DNA from: Glycera tridactyla
Lineage: Eukaryota
Reading direction: 5' to 3'
Assembly: GCA_965644265.1 (NCBI GenBank)
Contig: OZ286462.1
Location: forward strand, 50,530,001 to 50,594,000
Length of the DNA: 64,000 nucleotides
Shown: piece after piece, positions 9,684-22,020 of the stretch
Layout: every line of letters starts with the position of its first letter
Numbering within the stretch: the first letter of the stretch is position 1
Made by a program: the position numbers and the translations under genes
The notes under the pieces: model-generated
Seen by the model: the letters and a program-made list of their open reading frames with translations, nothing else
The model's database searches: none
What the model was told of the DNA's origin: nothing

Positions 9684-9850
9684 TACACTTCAACCTGTCT
9701 AGAAAGACCAGGGTTGGTTGCATCAAGAAGTGGTCTTTATAGGCAGGTGGTTTAAAGAGAGACATGATTCAATGTTGAGAAAATAATATCACGGTCACAG
9801 CTCAGGGTTGTCTTTATAGGCAGGTGGTCTTTAGAGCAGGTTGGACTGTA
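9684..9850. mobile_element. TA-flanked palindromic MITE (Tc1/mariner/pogo-like), GACCACC/GGTGGTC family
   Basis: Degenerate TACA..CAACCTG / CAGGTTGGACTGTA ends, internal AGGTGGTC repeats; similar to 16604, 29133, 52387. Confidence 0.75.
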
Positions 9851-10331
9851 CCTATATTGCTCTCAACATTGCCCTGCTCATAGTGTATCGCCCCTGAAGA
9901 CACTGTATCACACTTAATTTAGACGTATTTGAATCCTTTCTAGGTTGTTCAGAAGGGGTATTCATATAAATGACACCACTGTAGTCCTAATGTGGCAGGA
10001 CAAGATAGCATTAATGATTGTTTTTTGATCATCAAAATATCTGATTCGATTGACTGTCCACAATACTCCAGGAATCTATATGGTTATTGAAATTTAGAAA
10101 TCACACAAAATGCCGGCGAGATATTTGAACTTATGGAGTGATTCTTACTTGCTCTCCTATTGTCATATGCAGACATACATCTCTGGAACCATGATATGCC
10201 TTAACGGAGAGAAGGGTTTATTTGGGTTTATTCTCTGGACTCACAGTTAAAAGTTTCTTATGTAGTAGCTTTCAAATTGCATCCGCAATTCTTCTTCAGC
10301 TACTGGCTACTGCGTTGTTTGCTGTTGCTGA

Positions 10332-10348
10332 TCACGTGACCCGGAAGT
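10332..10348. promoter_or_regulatory. Adjacent E-box (TCACGTGAC) and ETS (CCGGAAGT) motifs; candidate host promoter
   Basis: Exact motifs abut at 10332-10348 in a locally CpG-containing patch. Motif-only support. Confidence 0.45.
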
Positions 10349-11593
10349 CAATGTAGGATCACATGATCTGATGATGATCTCCCTATATATACTAGGGAGT
10401 GTGTGCCGGCCCCGGTCCCTGTTTATTTGGTCTTTCCCACATTTCATGTGAGCTTGGTGCCTTCATCAGAAAGCTGATGGCATCTTATTCAGTTTTGAAG
10501 TTACATTTTCTCCTTGTATTGTCCTTTTAGGGATTTTCCTTACTACTGGAAATGACGATCTGAGTTAGATCATTTATCAAATGCTGTGATGTTCAAGAAA
10601 ATTATTGAGTTTGATGACACCTCAGGGTATCTTGAAAATTGCATGCCATCTTGAGATTGCAGGAGCTTGGAAAATTGGCTCTTACTCAGGTTTTGTGCTA
10701 CCTAGTTTGCGAAAATTAATAACGAAAATCAAATGTGGGTAAGGAATGGAAAGGAATGACAAGTGAGGCCTTGTCTGAATTTTTCTCTCTAGATGGCAGT
10801 TTCTGCTGACATTGCAATCGATGGCAGAAAGCCAGCTGCTGCAAGCATGGATAGAGATCCCGAGAAAAAGATATGAGAAATACATGCAGGATGAGGTCCT
10901 AGAATGGATACTTGGGCCTGGGTCAGCATCCATCCCTCCATCTCCTCAGCCTCCTCATCATTGTTGCGCTCATCTCTGTCTCATCCTTGGTGTAGGGAAT
11001 ATACCTTCCACATGCTACTCCATCCTATTTCGGCCGATTAGGGATAATCTATTACTGCCTACGCCATATTTCTCATTGGATTTCTTTTCGACACCAATAA
11101 TGGTGAGTGCTGAAAAAAGTTCCATACATGTATCCTGTATTGGGAATCAAAAACTGTCTTTATCATCCTTATCTCAGTGCAACTGCTGTCAATATTTCAC
11201 CTTTCATTCACATATCGGTCTTTGAATCTATATTTGATAAGATGAGTTCCCCTAGCTAGCCTCATACATATCTTTGTTGTATTGTGTGTATGTAGGAGAA
11301 TGCCCTAAAGTTTCAGCCAGCTACCAGCCAGGTACAGTACACGTTGGCTCATCTGTATTGAACAGTGTTGGTAGAGGTGTGTATGAAATTTGGCTTGACA
11401 AAAGTTCTTGCTCTCCTTCATTGTGTGTTTGTATTTGGGGGGGGGGGGGGGGGGGGGTGCAGGTGTGTGTGCAGGTGTGTCTGTGACTGTATCAGGATTA
11501 GTTGAGAATAGGGGTGGACCTGTAGTTCTCATAAAGTTATACACTGTGAAATCAAAATTTGAGATGAGTCAAAGCACAAAAAAACGTTTCATA

Positions 11594-11683
11594 TACAGAT
11601 GAACCTTTCCTTAGCAGCCACCTGCCCTAAGCAGCCACTTTTTGCCTACCGGAGGGTGGCTGCTTAGAACAAGTTCAAGTGTA
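11594..11683. mobile_element. Short (~90 bp) palindromic MITE variant (GCAGCCAC/GTGGCTGC)
   Basis: TACAGATGAAC...GTTCAAGTGTA ends, internal inverted CTTAGCAGCCAC / GTGGCTGCTTAG. Confidence 0.6.
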
Positions 11684-11714
11684 TTTCGGTTCATGACACA
11701 AACACCAAGAATAC

Positions 11715-12850
11715 TCTATCACTTCCTGGCTCCCAGTCCCCTACCCAGAAACCGACCTGTGGTGTCCCTCAAGGATCTGTCCTTGGCCCCAACCTATTCA
11801 CCATTTACACTCTACCTCTCGGCGACATAGTGAGAAAACACAAATTAAACTTCCATCTTTATGCCGATGACACTCAGCTTTACCTAACCTTTGATGGTCA
11901 TGACCAGCTCTCAAAATCCAAAACAATAGACACCCTTGAACGATGCATTGCTGAAATCAGGGCATGGATGCTGGCCAACAAACTCAAGCTTGATGATTCT
12001 AAGACTGAGTTTCTCCTTTTCGCCAACCACAACAACCTCAATCCATCATCAACTGCGAAGATCAAGATTGGGGATGACACCATCAGCCCTGGCAGCTCTG
12101 CGAAGAATCTCGGAGTCATTTTTTATGACCACCTCAACCTCACCCCTCAAGTATCTGCTATCTGTAAGTCTGCTTTCTTTCAGCTTCACCGAATCAGCTG
12201 CATCCGCAAATACCTGACACCAGAAGCCACAAAGACCCTGGTCTACTCTCTGATCACATCCAAGCTTGACTACTGCAATAGCGCACTCTTCGGCCTTCCC
12301 AAGTTTCAGATCAGCAAGATCCAACATGTGATGAACTGCGCTGCTCGATTAACAGTATCCTGTAGTCGCCATCAGCATATCAGCCCTATCCTGAACAAAC
12401 TTCACTGGCTCCCTATTGAACACCGGATAACATTTAAAATCCTATCCCTCACCTACAAAGCCCTCCATGGCTTAGCCCCTAGCCACCTGTCACAACTCCT
12501 ACATCATTACAACCCTTCCCGCTCTCTTCGCTCCTCATCGCAACACCTCCTTATAGTTCCAAAAACTCACTATTGCAAACTGGGAAATCGTGCCTTCACC
12601 TATGCCGCTCCAACCCTATATAACTCTCTCCCTTTGGAAATCAAACTTGCACCTTCTTTTAGCACCTTCAAGTCCAGACTCAAGACCCACTTGTTCACTC
12701 TCGCATTCCCAACATAACCATATGATCCAAGGTCTCTCTGCATGCTCACTCCTGTTCTTTTGTTTTTTCTTTCAGGTACATACCTATGTAAAGCGCCCTT
12801 GAGCTCTATGAGGAAAAGGCGCTATATAAATGCTCATTATTATTATTAAT
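11715..12850 (+). mobile_element. 5'-truncated L2-clade LINE copy
   Basis: RT C-terminal half, open from [11 protein letters not shown] (11758) through [28 protein letters not shown] to the stop at 12717. Typical L2 3' end TGTAAAGCGCC...AAGGCGCTATATAAAT followed by (ATT)n. Confidence 0.93.
11758..12717 (+). pseudogene. Truncated L2 reverse transcriptase reading frame (no frameshifts or stops)
   Basis: The ORF-track entry 11830-12717 continues in frame upstream to the GVPQG motif; the endonuclease and RT N-terminus are absent. Confidence 0.85.
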
Positions 12851-12950
12851 ACTAACAATACATGATGTTCAACTCCATCCAACCAATCAATCCATCATAA
12901 ATATGAGTATCACCAGATCAGCTTTGATATTTTGAACTTGCATATGTACT

Positions 12951-12952
<2 letters not shown>

Positions 12953-12998
<46 letters not shown>
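12953..12998. repeat. (GA)n microsatellite
   Basis: Directly visible. Confidence 0.98.
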
Positions 12999-13002
<4 letters not shown>

Positions 13003-13895
13003 AGAATGGTGCTGCTGTGTGATGAGCACATAAACATGTGAGATTCTGTCATCAGTGGTAAGCCAATAGCAATTAGTGCAAGAGTAAAGCAGTGGATCAA
13101 GGTTTTCAGGGAGACAGATTTTCATGCTCTCACGACATTTTATGTTCAAACATATCGAAATGTCGGAGAAAAAACGAAAAAAGCGAGATGATCCAGTTTT
13201 ACTCACCGCAATGAAGTTGGGGGTGGGGGGGGGGATTGCAGTTGACCCTTCGTTGACCAAGGCATCAGCATCTGCAGCTGTATTAAGTTGATGTGATGCT
13301 AATTTCCCTTTGGTCAGCAGCTAGGGGACCTGTATGCTTCAATACATTCACTTATGTATTCAGTCATCATCAGGGCCACATCTTTACATTTTGTTTGATT
13401 AATTTGAGGGCAAAAACCTTTTCTTTAAGGTATTTGCGATCCGAGTGATTCATATTCATTTTGCGGTTGACTTTATACTTTGTTATTGTATTCTCTCAGT
13501 GAAAGACTATTGTATGCCAGATAGGGGAAAATGACTGTACGTACAATGTATCTGGTGAGTTTTTCAGTACGGAGCCACACCGAACTTGACACAGATGCAA
13601 ATCATAGCATTCCCTGATGGTTGTCAGTCATGGATGGGGTCTTCCAACAAGTCTGATCAATTTGAGGGACAAAAGAATTTTTGCAGGAATGGATTTTTCA
13701 TGAAGATGGTACCTAGCCACACCAAACTTAATCCAGATGCATTTTATAGCATACACTGATGAATTCTGGCCAGGGATGAGGTCCTTGAACAAGTCTGATT
13801 GATTTGGAGGTCTGACAGGGCGTTTGTAAACAAAGTCTGATTGATTTTGGGGACTAAAAAGGCATTTGTAGAAAAGATTCCTCACTAGACCTGAT

Positions 13896-14023
13896 NNNNN
13901 NNNNNNNNNNNNNNNNNNNNNNNNNNNNNNNNNNNNNNNNNNNNNNNNNNNNNNNNNNNNNNNNNNNNNNNNNNNNNNNNNNNNNNNNNNNNNNNNNNNN
14001 NNNNNNNNNNNNNNNNNNNNNNN
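13896..14023. other. Assembly gap (N run)
   Basis: N run. Confidence 1.
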
Positions 14024-15282
14024 GTTACATTGTGACTTGTACTCTGTTAGATAGATACAGTCCTCAGAACCTCCATGTATGGAGACAAAATAAAGTTTAA
14101 ATATTGTGGTTGTAATGGTGGTTAATTCGATAACATATTTTGTATCTTTTTTTTGGTTGTAGGTGAGCTGACTTGAATGTCTTGTTTTGAGTGATTGTAT
14201 GGTGAGTTATGTTATTCATGAACTATTTGTGAAGCTATTTCAGCCCATTGAATTAACATTTGGATATCATTGGACATGAACCTCAATAGATGGACCCCAT
14301 GAGTTCATTGCATATCATTCTGATGATCTATTGGGTCTTTTGGTGGGAAGAGAAGTGTGCTCTTATTTGTACATCACAGTGGTGTATCGTGAAATATAAT
14401 TTCAATATGAAAATATAATTTTTGTGAAAGTGTTCATCTTAGCATCACTGGAGGATGGGTACTGTGTTCGGGGTGATTCTTTGATAGCTATCCATAGTAT
14501 CTGGTTGAAGGTACATATTCAATCATGTCAAATAGACTAGCATCTGTGAAGAAATGGTCTCGTTCAGAGGTGGTCCCATCAGGGGATCTCACCACAGGTT
14601 ATACAGAGCCTGAAGAACAGCATCCCTGAAAAAATGGTCTTCCCTCAGAGGTTTCTCATCGGAGGGGGGGGGGGGGGGGGGGGTCTGGCCACAGGCCTCA
14701 CTAAATACGAACCAACATGTAACTGGTAACTCTGGCTGAAAAGTACATTGGCTCAAAACTGAAATCAGTTTTGTCAGATGCTGTGAGTTGGGGTGTACCT
14801 TCTGCACATTGAGAAACATGCAGACTTGCAACAATGGCTGGTTTTTGAGGCTGCTGTGTGGGTGGTTGCCTACAGTGCCATTTTAATGTCAGTGCCAGAC
14901 ATTTAGATGAAATGTATTGCCTCTCTCCTACGCATGTCATGATATGTCTCCTTAGACAAGAGATTTAGTTCAGTACTGTCAAGCAATGAACAGTTTCACA
15001 ATGCTCAAAATGTCAACTCAACCTGAATGGATTGAATTCTGCTGGGAATGAGCATGAAATAGTGTAAGAAAAGTCTAGAGAATTCTTTCAATAATAGGCC
15101 ATGTGGCGCCACTTTGGTATTGGCATTTAATTGGTATAATGGTCCTGTACTCGGCTGATGCTGGTAGAATCTATGATCAGTAAACTCAGCTGAGAATTTG
15201 GTCTTAAATGAACGAATTACAGATCATGTATCTACAGTGCAACCTGTATTAATCATCCATCAGTGATCGTGATAACAGTTTT

Positions 15283-15375
15283 TACAGTAAACAACTTTTT
15301 CATAAATGATCACTCGTCTACCAAGACAACGTTTTTATGTGACCAAGGTTGGTCTTTGTAGACAGGTTTGACTAT
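15283..15375. mobile_element. Short degenerate TA-type MITE
   Basis: TACAGTAAA... to ...GGTCTTTGTAGACAGGTTTGACTAT; resembles 55185-55283 and 15761-15827. Confidence 0.55.
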
Positions 15376-15599
15376 CAGCTGTTTCTTGGTAGACAGATGC
15401 TACATAATTTATCATTGGGATAAGGTGAATTCTGGGAGCCATCTGGCTCCTCAAGTTGAAATATTTCTTAATTATTTATTCAATGATAGATCAATAAATT
15501 TCAGATTTGGCTCCTAGGGTTGGAAGTCTGTATGATTTCTGAGTATTTCAGCCAAGGATAGAACCCTGTGATTTCAAAAGTGTATCATGTACGGTCACA

Positions 15600-15760
15600 C
15601 CTGCACATGAGACCACCTCTCTGCCATCATCTTGTGTTCAGGGTTTGTAAGAGAAATGTCTGCAGGGGAGAGAACATCTAGCTTTCATTAACCAAGAACA
15701 CATGGCATACACATAACCCAAGGGTTGATACATGCAATCTAACCTCAAACAAACAAACAA
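15600..15760 (+). mobile_element. SINE-like repeat, 3' part with (CAAA)n tail
   Basis: CATCATCTTGTGTTCAGGGTTTGT...TCTAGCTTTCAT..ACCA.GAACAC...GGGTTGATACATGC...AACCTCAAACAAACAAAC, shared with 21860, 29560, 33470. No clear tRNA head seen. Confidence 0.55.
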
Positions 15761-16603
15761 ACCACCTGTCAATAAAACCACTTCCTGGTGTGACAGAATG
15801 TGGTCTTTGTAGACAGGTTTATCTGTATGTTTCGTTCAGAGAGGCTAGGTGTCAGAAGAGTGAGACTATGATGTTCATACCCTCAACAGTGTAAATGCTT
15901 GAAGTGACTGCTCTAATGCATGTAACATGTTTCTGTCTATCCTATCATACCGTTCTGCTTGTTTTCATACACTCTCTGCATAAACTCACCTCCCTCGGGT
16001 GTGGATAGATAAATAAATAAATAGAACACGTTCTGGCTTTCAGACATATGGTTCTGGCAGACTCTAACCTCAGTTCATCATCAAAATCATATTTTGATGT
16101 TCAGTTTGGCAGTTCACTTCGGCCCCTTCTGATCCAGTGTTGGTACAATATTAGAAGTTAATTGATACCAACATTTGAGTGAGCTCAAAAATATGTTGGA
16201 TGTCGCCAGTGTGGTGTCTGTCTTGGCACGAATCTAAAAGCGGGATGTGCCAGCATGAAATGAATGTATACAAAAATAGTTATATTATGCTATGCAGTTC
16301 CTCTAGCTTGTGATTCACGTCCAGCACAATGCTTCTCAGATATTCTCATCAACTGTGGTTGAAATCCATCTCCATTGTCAAATTATTCATTCCAATCTAT
16401 AATGGTTATAAATCCAGAGGTGGTATCAAGGTATTGAACTGCAAGGAATGGAAATGATGAACTGATGTTGAGGAAACGGTAGAAGAAACCCAACTCTTAT
16501 ACTCGGGTTTTCATGTTCAAATGAATAACTAGTGCTCTGTTGAATGTTCAAAAAGATGTATGCATGTGTATGCACAGTTTTGTACATCACGGTTCACCCA
16601 ATG

Positions 16604-16783
16604 TAGAGTCAAACCTCTCTATAAAGACCACCTTCGGTTGCATCAAAAAGGGGTCTGTATAGGGAGATGGTCTTTATAGAGGTCATTTACTGTTGAAAAT
16701 ACTGCCACGGTCGCAACTCAGGGTGGTCTTTATAGGGAGGTGGTCTTTATAGAGAGGTGGTCTTTAGAGGAGGTTCGACTGTA
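16604..16783. mobile_element. 180-bp TA-flanked MITE
   Basis: TAGAGTCAAACCTCTCT / GAGGAGGTTCGACTGTA ends, arrays of GGTGGTCTTTATAG; a close reverse-complement relative of 58981-59161. Confidence 0.85.
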
Positions 16784-16929
16784 TCTTGAGTTGAGTTGAG
16801 AAACTTACTTCCATAACATGACCATGCTCATAATACATCAGAATATTAGAATATCCAACATGGTCATGACGTGAAACCTATCTACAGTCTTTCAAATCTT
16901 ATGCATGCTAGTGAAACCAGATTGTTAGG

Positions 16930-17135
16930 CAGGGCTGTACAGTGGCAAAAATATTTAGGAGCCAGCTGGCGCCTCAGTTGAATTTTTTGGTAGCCAGTGC
17001 AAAATTTTTGTCGCTATTCAGTACATCACCAATTACAACCCCTCAAAATTTTAGGGGCAGCTGGCTCCTAAGTTTCGAAATATGGTAGCCAAAGGGTAGC
17101 TTTTGGCTACCCACATGTAGCAATTTAGAGCATTG
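16930..17135 (+). mobile_element. hAT-like MITE (CAGGGCT... termini); relative at 18600-18813
   Basis: Shared ATTTAGGAGCCAGCTGG, GGTAGCCA, GGCTACCC..A.GTAGCAA..TAGAGC. TSD not recognisable. Confidence 0.55.
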
Positions 17136-18599
17136 TTTAGTATTCATGAGGTTGAGAAGTGGGAAATATCACTTTTAACTGAAAAGATTCATAGGAAAGT
17201 CAACAGTGCCAAGCTAAAGAAGGTATGGAGGGGTGTGCATGTGTAACCTGGAGGTAGAGGCTGGATGAAGTCAAGCTCAGAAACGTCGGCGTCAAACCCA
17301 GTCTCACACTTGTCTTTTCCCTCATTACAGTTGAACCTGTCCTGAGCAGCCATGCATTATGTACTCAAATCATGACTGCTAGAACAAGTGAATGTTAATG
17401 AAAATACCCAGTACTTGCTCAGAACTGGTCGTTATTAAGTGGTTGTTTTTCTCTTCAAATTTAGCCACTCTCTTGAATTCCAGGGAGAGTAGTCTGATTT
17501 TGCAGAGTGATTCTTCCAGTTGGAATTCCCATGAGGAGAATGGCTATTGAGTTGTTTCATGAAGTCTACAGTTAGACCTCAGTCAAATTTGTCCGGAACA
17601 AAACTTGTATTAAGTAAGAACTTGCTCTAAGCAACAGGTTTCTGTTCATCCAACCAGTCTACTTTTTTCTATAATCACCCTGTTCTAAGCATGATTTGCC
17701 CGAAGCACACATTTTTTCACACTCCTTGGCTTCACGCTCAGGACAAGTTTATCATCAGGCAGGATATATTGGGTATACAGCTCAGTAGCTGCACTTAAAT
17801 TCTGTATTACAACTGGCGGTGAAGTGAAATAGAAGTAGGTGATGAATGCCCGAGGGTGCCATCCAATATATGGCTGGTACACAGTGCAGTCTGTACAGGT
17901 GTTTGTGTAGAGAGCCGGCTCGCTCTAGGAAGCAACCAATCTGTTCATACAATAGACAAAACGGCCTGTTACTCCCATTTATACACACCATAGCTCTGCT
18001 CATTTTTCATGGGATATTTACTCTTATCTCTCTAACTACCAGCGGTGTTCTACCTAGGTTCTTGTTAGGGATATACCGAGGATGTCTCTAACTGATCAGG
18101 AGATACAGTGCACATTGAGGTGAAATTAATTTGATCCGACTTTGGTATTTCTGCTTTTCAGAAGAAAGATAATGTAAGATCAGATGTGAAGAGGTTTTTT
18201 GAAAACCCTCCACCGGTCACTTCAGATTGTCAGCCATATCTGCCTGAATACCACTTTCTTGTTAACAACCTATTTTGGAGAACATTTGAGAATGATCCTG
18301 CATGAATTAGTCACACTGTGGTCAGAAACTTGGTGATCATGAGATATTCTCCAGTGAGTAAGATATTTCAGCCAGGTTGAATTGGCATTTTGAAATAATT
18401 TTACCTTCACCAAATATTATTCTCAGTTAATTTTGGATTGTGATCTAGTATGGTTTTGTTTTCATACAAAATTATTTCCGTACAGTGGCTACTGTCAGTT
18501 CATGTTCGAGAATGACACGAGTTGCTTGGATGGTTGGTCCATTGTTTTAACATCTCATGACCACCAGCCCATGCAATTTCATATTCTGGACTTTCCTAT

Positions 18600-18813
18600 C
18601 ATGGGGTTCTATATTGGCCCAAGAATTTAGGAGCCAGCTGGACCCCATATTGATATTTTGAGTAGCCATTGTCAAATATTGGTAGCCTGTCAGTACATTG
18701 GCAATTATGACCTCTCATGATATTGGGGTCAATAGACTTATAAATTATGGTAGGGTGATTTAGGGTGATTTTGGTATCCAATGGCTACCCAAAAGTAGCA
18801 ACATAGAGCCCTG
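18600..18813 (+). mobile_element. hAT-like MITE, same family as 16930-17135
   Basis: Ends in TAGAGCCCTG; internal matches as above. Confidence 0.55.
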
Positions 18814-19024
18814 CATCATGATTTTGGGATTTCTGCAGTATGCCAAACATTTATTTCATTGACTCAGGAATATGTTCCTTCATAATATTAAACTGGATGG
18901 AAATGATACGAAGCTAGTTACTTTGATCATATCAGGTAGCCTAAACAGTCCATGTGCATATGGAGTGTAGCTGTGAGCTCCATTACTTTTTTAGGGTGAA
19001 TAGCCTATCTGAATTATTGCGATG

Positions 19025-19206
19025 TACAGTCAAACTTGTTCTGAGCATGAAGTCAGGGGACGGGAAAAAACTGTGTGCCTACGATGAGTTCATGCTTAAA
19101 ACATGTGAAATATAATGAAAAACACTCTGACAGGATGAACAGAGACATGTTGCATAGAGACAGTTCTTGCATAGTACATGTCTGGCATAGGACAAGTTTT
19201 ACTGTA
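19025..19206. mobile_element. 182-bp TA-flanked MITE, distinct interior (GCATAG/CATGCT repeats)
   Basis: TACAGTCAAACTTGTTCT / AGGACAAGTTTTACTGTA inverted ends. Confidence 0.8.
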
Positions 19207-21484
19207 CTCCATTAGTTATACGGCCTCTATCTCTGTCCAAATTTATTTCATATCGTACCTTGACCAAGTTGTCAATCATTCTTTCATCAATGTTGAGGTC
19301 GCAGCCGCCAAAACAACATGATTGAGACAGTGCAAAATAGATTGTTGCTTTTTGAGTAAAAATCCAGTCCTCATTTCAACCAGACTGTAAACACATTTTT
19401 CTCGAGTTGGTCAATGTCAGGGCAGTCCTATAGACGTCCAGTGATTTTTCTTTATGTTCTATTCGATTGCTTATTGATTTGTTCTTGATGAATGCACCTG
19501 GGTTCAGGGTGGTGTATTTCAGGATCAGGATGAGTATAGATTCATTTATAGAATGAGGGTGAAAAATGTTGTGTTTAGTTGATGTATGGCATACTGTTGT
19601 AGATATTGTTTAGAAAATATAAGGAAATGAAGAACTATCTTAGAAATTAGATGGTTAGAGTAATGTTGCTTGATATGGCAAGAATATATGGCTGTGAAGT
19701 AAAAATGCAATACCAAACAAGGTGTGAATTTTCCAATCGAATTTGGTATTGCATTTTTACCTCACTTTTATCAAAAAGTAGTTCTTACCCATCTGTGAAG
19801 TATCACTTACAATACTCAATGCCTGATACTTCACTGAAAATGTCACCTCCGTGTAATAAAAGTGATTTTGAATCATTCCATCCCCTTCAGCAAATTTCCT
19901 CAATACCGTCTTTTAAAATGACATGAGGTTGTGTTGAACTCCATGGGCAGAAAATTTTATTTGAATTTTTATGAAGACAAGTAGTAGTGTATCCAATGGA
20001 CCTATTGGGTATTGTTTTGCATCATTATCTAATGGAAACATACAACAAATACAGCATGCAATCCCAGTCGTGCAATCACTCACACACCCACACACATGCA
20101 TGCACACTCAACCCCCCCCCCCCACACACACACAAACACTCACGACCACATACACTATGGACAAGCCAGTGCCACACCCAGTAAAGATTACAAAGGTAAA
20201 AATGTTGAACAAGTTGAGCTGATTCATTGGGAAGTTCATACCATTTCGGCAGTTTGATGGGCTTTTTTTTTAAAGTATCACCTAACGGTGATTATTGACC
20301 TGACAGAGAAGGTAGTATGCATGCTTGCATGCATGCACATGTATCTATTGCATCTACCTTATTCTCCTAAACAGATATACAATGTACCTTCTCTATTATC
20401 AATATAGCCCACATGGTGCTCACAGAGCGTAAAATAAAGAACGATCATCTCTGTTAGGTGCACCTTTCCTGCATGAATCGACACTGCAAAAACTGATCTG
20501 AGTAGATATATCCCTATTTCTTGCCAAAAAATCAATACAGGCATATCACCAGATGTATCACAAGATCTCCATTGAAATTAAACATAGTATTCAATGATTT
20601 GTCCCGATTGAAGTTATCAATATGCACATTCTCTCTCGCAAACAGAATAATTAAATCATTCCCTCAACATGTGTCCTTCCCAATATGCATGCCATCAGTT
20701 TCCATACCTGTTTTGAGTATTCTTGGCTTTGTAACAAATAGTGTGGTCACTGAAATGTAGTGTTCTCTGTATGTCTCTAATGACTCGCGAGGACACATGA
20801 ACACATGCACACCACTCCAAAAAGCAACAGAATGAAAAGTAATTTTTCAAATACACACATACATACAGGAATCAAATTCTCCCACTGCATTGTTATGCAT
20901 TGGTCAGTAGAGTTCCATTCCAGATGAAATGACCGGTATTGAAATGGTTGATACTTCGATACCAGTGCAGAGAACAGCAGAATCCAAGTGAATGGAAACC
21001 TACATCAATGAGTGTGTGTTTGTGTGTGTGGGGGTTGATTGTGGCTTCATGTGAGGTGATAACTGGGTGGACCCTCTTCCACTCCACTACACCCAGGTGT
21101 AAATAGCTGCTTGGTTATGCTCTTGATGGTGGTTGTGGAATGCTCGTGTCTTGTAGTTTGAATCTCTATTGCTGGCACTATGCCTTACTACATATTTTAT
21201 ATGCAGTGTTGTCCAGACCTACCCTTGATGACATCAGAAAATCACATGTTGCAATACTCATTATGATTCTCAAGTGTAGAACAAACATTTTTGCTTGTGT
21301 CATTCAAGTAGAATAAATTGGCATTGGTTGCCAGTCGGCCAGCTGGGGCCTGGATGGCTATTATGTTATATGAATTATTCAGATATTTCTTAATCTGTGT
21401 CAGCAATGATTGGCTGTGTTTTTATAGCCCATGAAGCTTGTCATGCTGATGAGGGAACAAAGATTTTCTAATGAACAAACGCAG

Positions 21485-21735
21485 ACTCAGAGGCCTATGT
21501 TACTGTCATGTCTACAGCCCCTTGAGTTAATAATACTTGAGCTGAGAGTTATCAGTTTTATTTTATGTGGGTGAAGATGTGTCTGAAGTGACAGCTCACT
21601 TAACAGTATTGATGTCCCTTCCCAACATTTTGTGTTAAGGGTTATTGGGAGTGATGGTTGCAATGGACAGAGCATCCAAATTTTATACATCTAGAACACA
21701 CAGCATACATAATCGATCCCTCATGATGCCTCTGA
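21485..21735 (+). mobile_element. SINE-like repeat, degenerate copy
   Basis: GTGGGTGAAGATGTGTCTGAAGTGACAGCT and TGTGTTAAGGGTT...CTAGAACACACAGCATACAT match 29690-29860. Confidence 0.45.
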
Positions 21736-21859
21736 TTTTACTCAAAATGCTGAACAGATCACATTCCATTTTACAAACATGATTTTATTTCTTATAAAGA
21801 ATTTGACTTTTTAAGTTGGATAAACTTAATGATAATCACAGTGTGTTTGAAGACTCGAC

Positions 21860-22020
21860 TTTTCTCATCCTGGTTCATTAAATCCCATATCTTCAAAGAG
21901 ACACATTCGTGGGGAGAGAAGATCTAGCTTATTAACCAGAAACACATGGCATACATGATCATATGGGTTGATATATGCTGTTAAACCTCAAACAAACAAA
22001 CAAACAAACAAACAAACACA
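21860..22020 (+). mobile_element. SINE-like repeat 3' end with (CAAA)n tail
   Basis: GGGGAGAGAAGATCTAGCTT...GGGTTGATATATGCTGTTAAACCTC(AAAC)n. Confidence 0.55.

Noticed and set aside
12836-12870. Target-site duplication for the L2 copy
   Set aside because: No matching direct repeat found near 11680-11720; L2 insertions often lack clear TSDs.
17685-17925. Minus-strand open frame after a TTCCTAG acceptor-like site (SEPALYTNTCTDC...)
   Set aside because: No recognisable family and no matching donor; not distinguishable from a random ORF.
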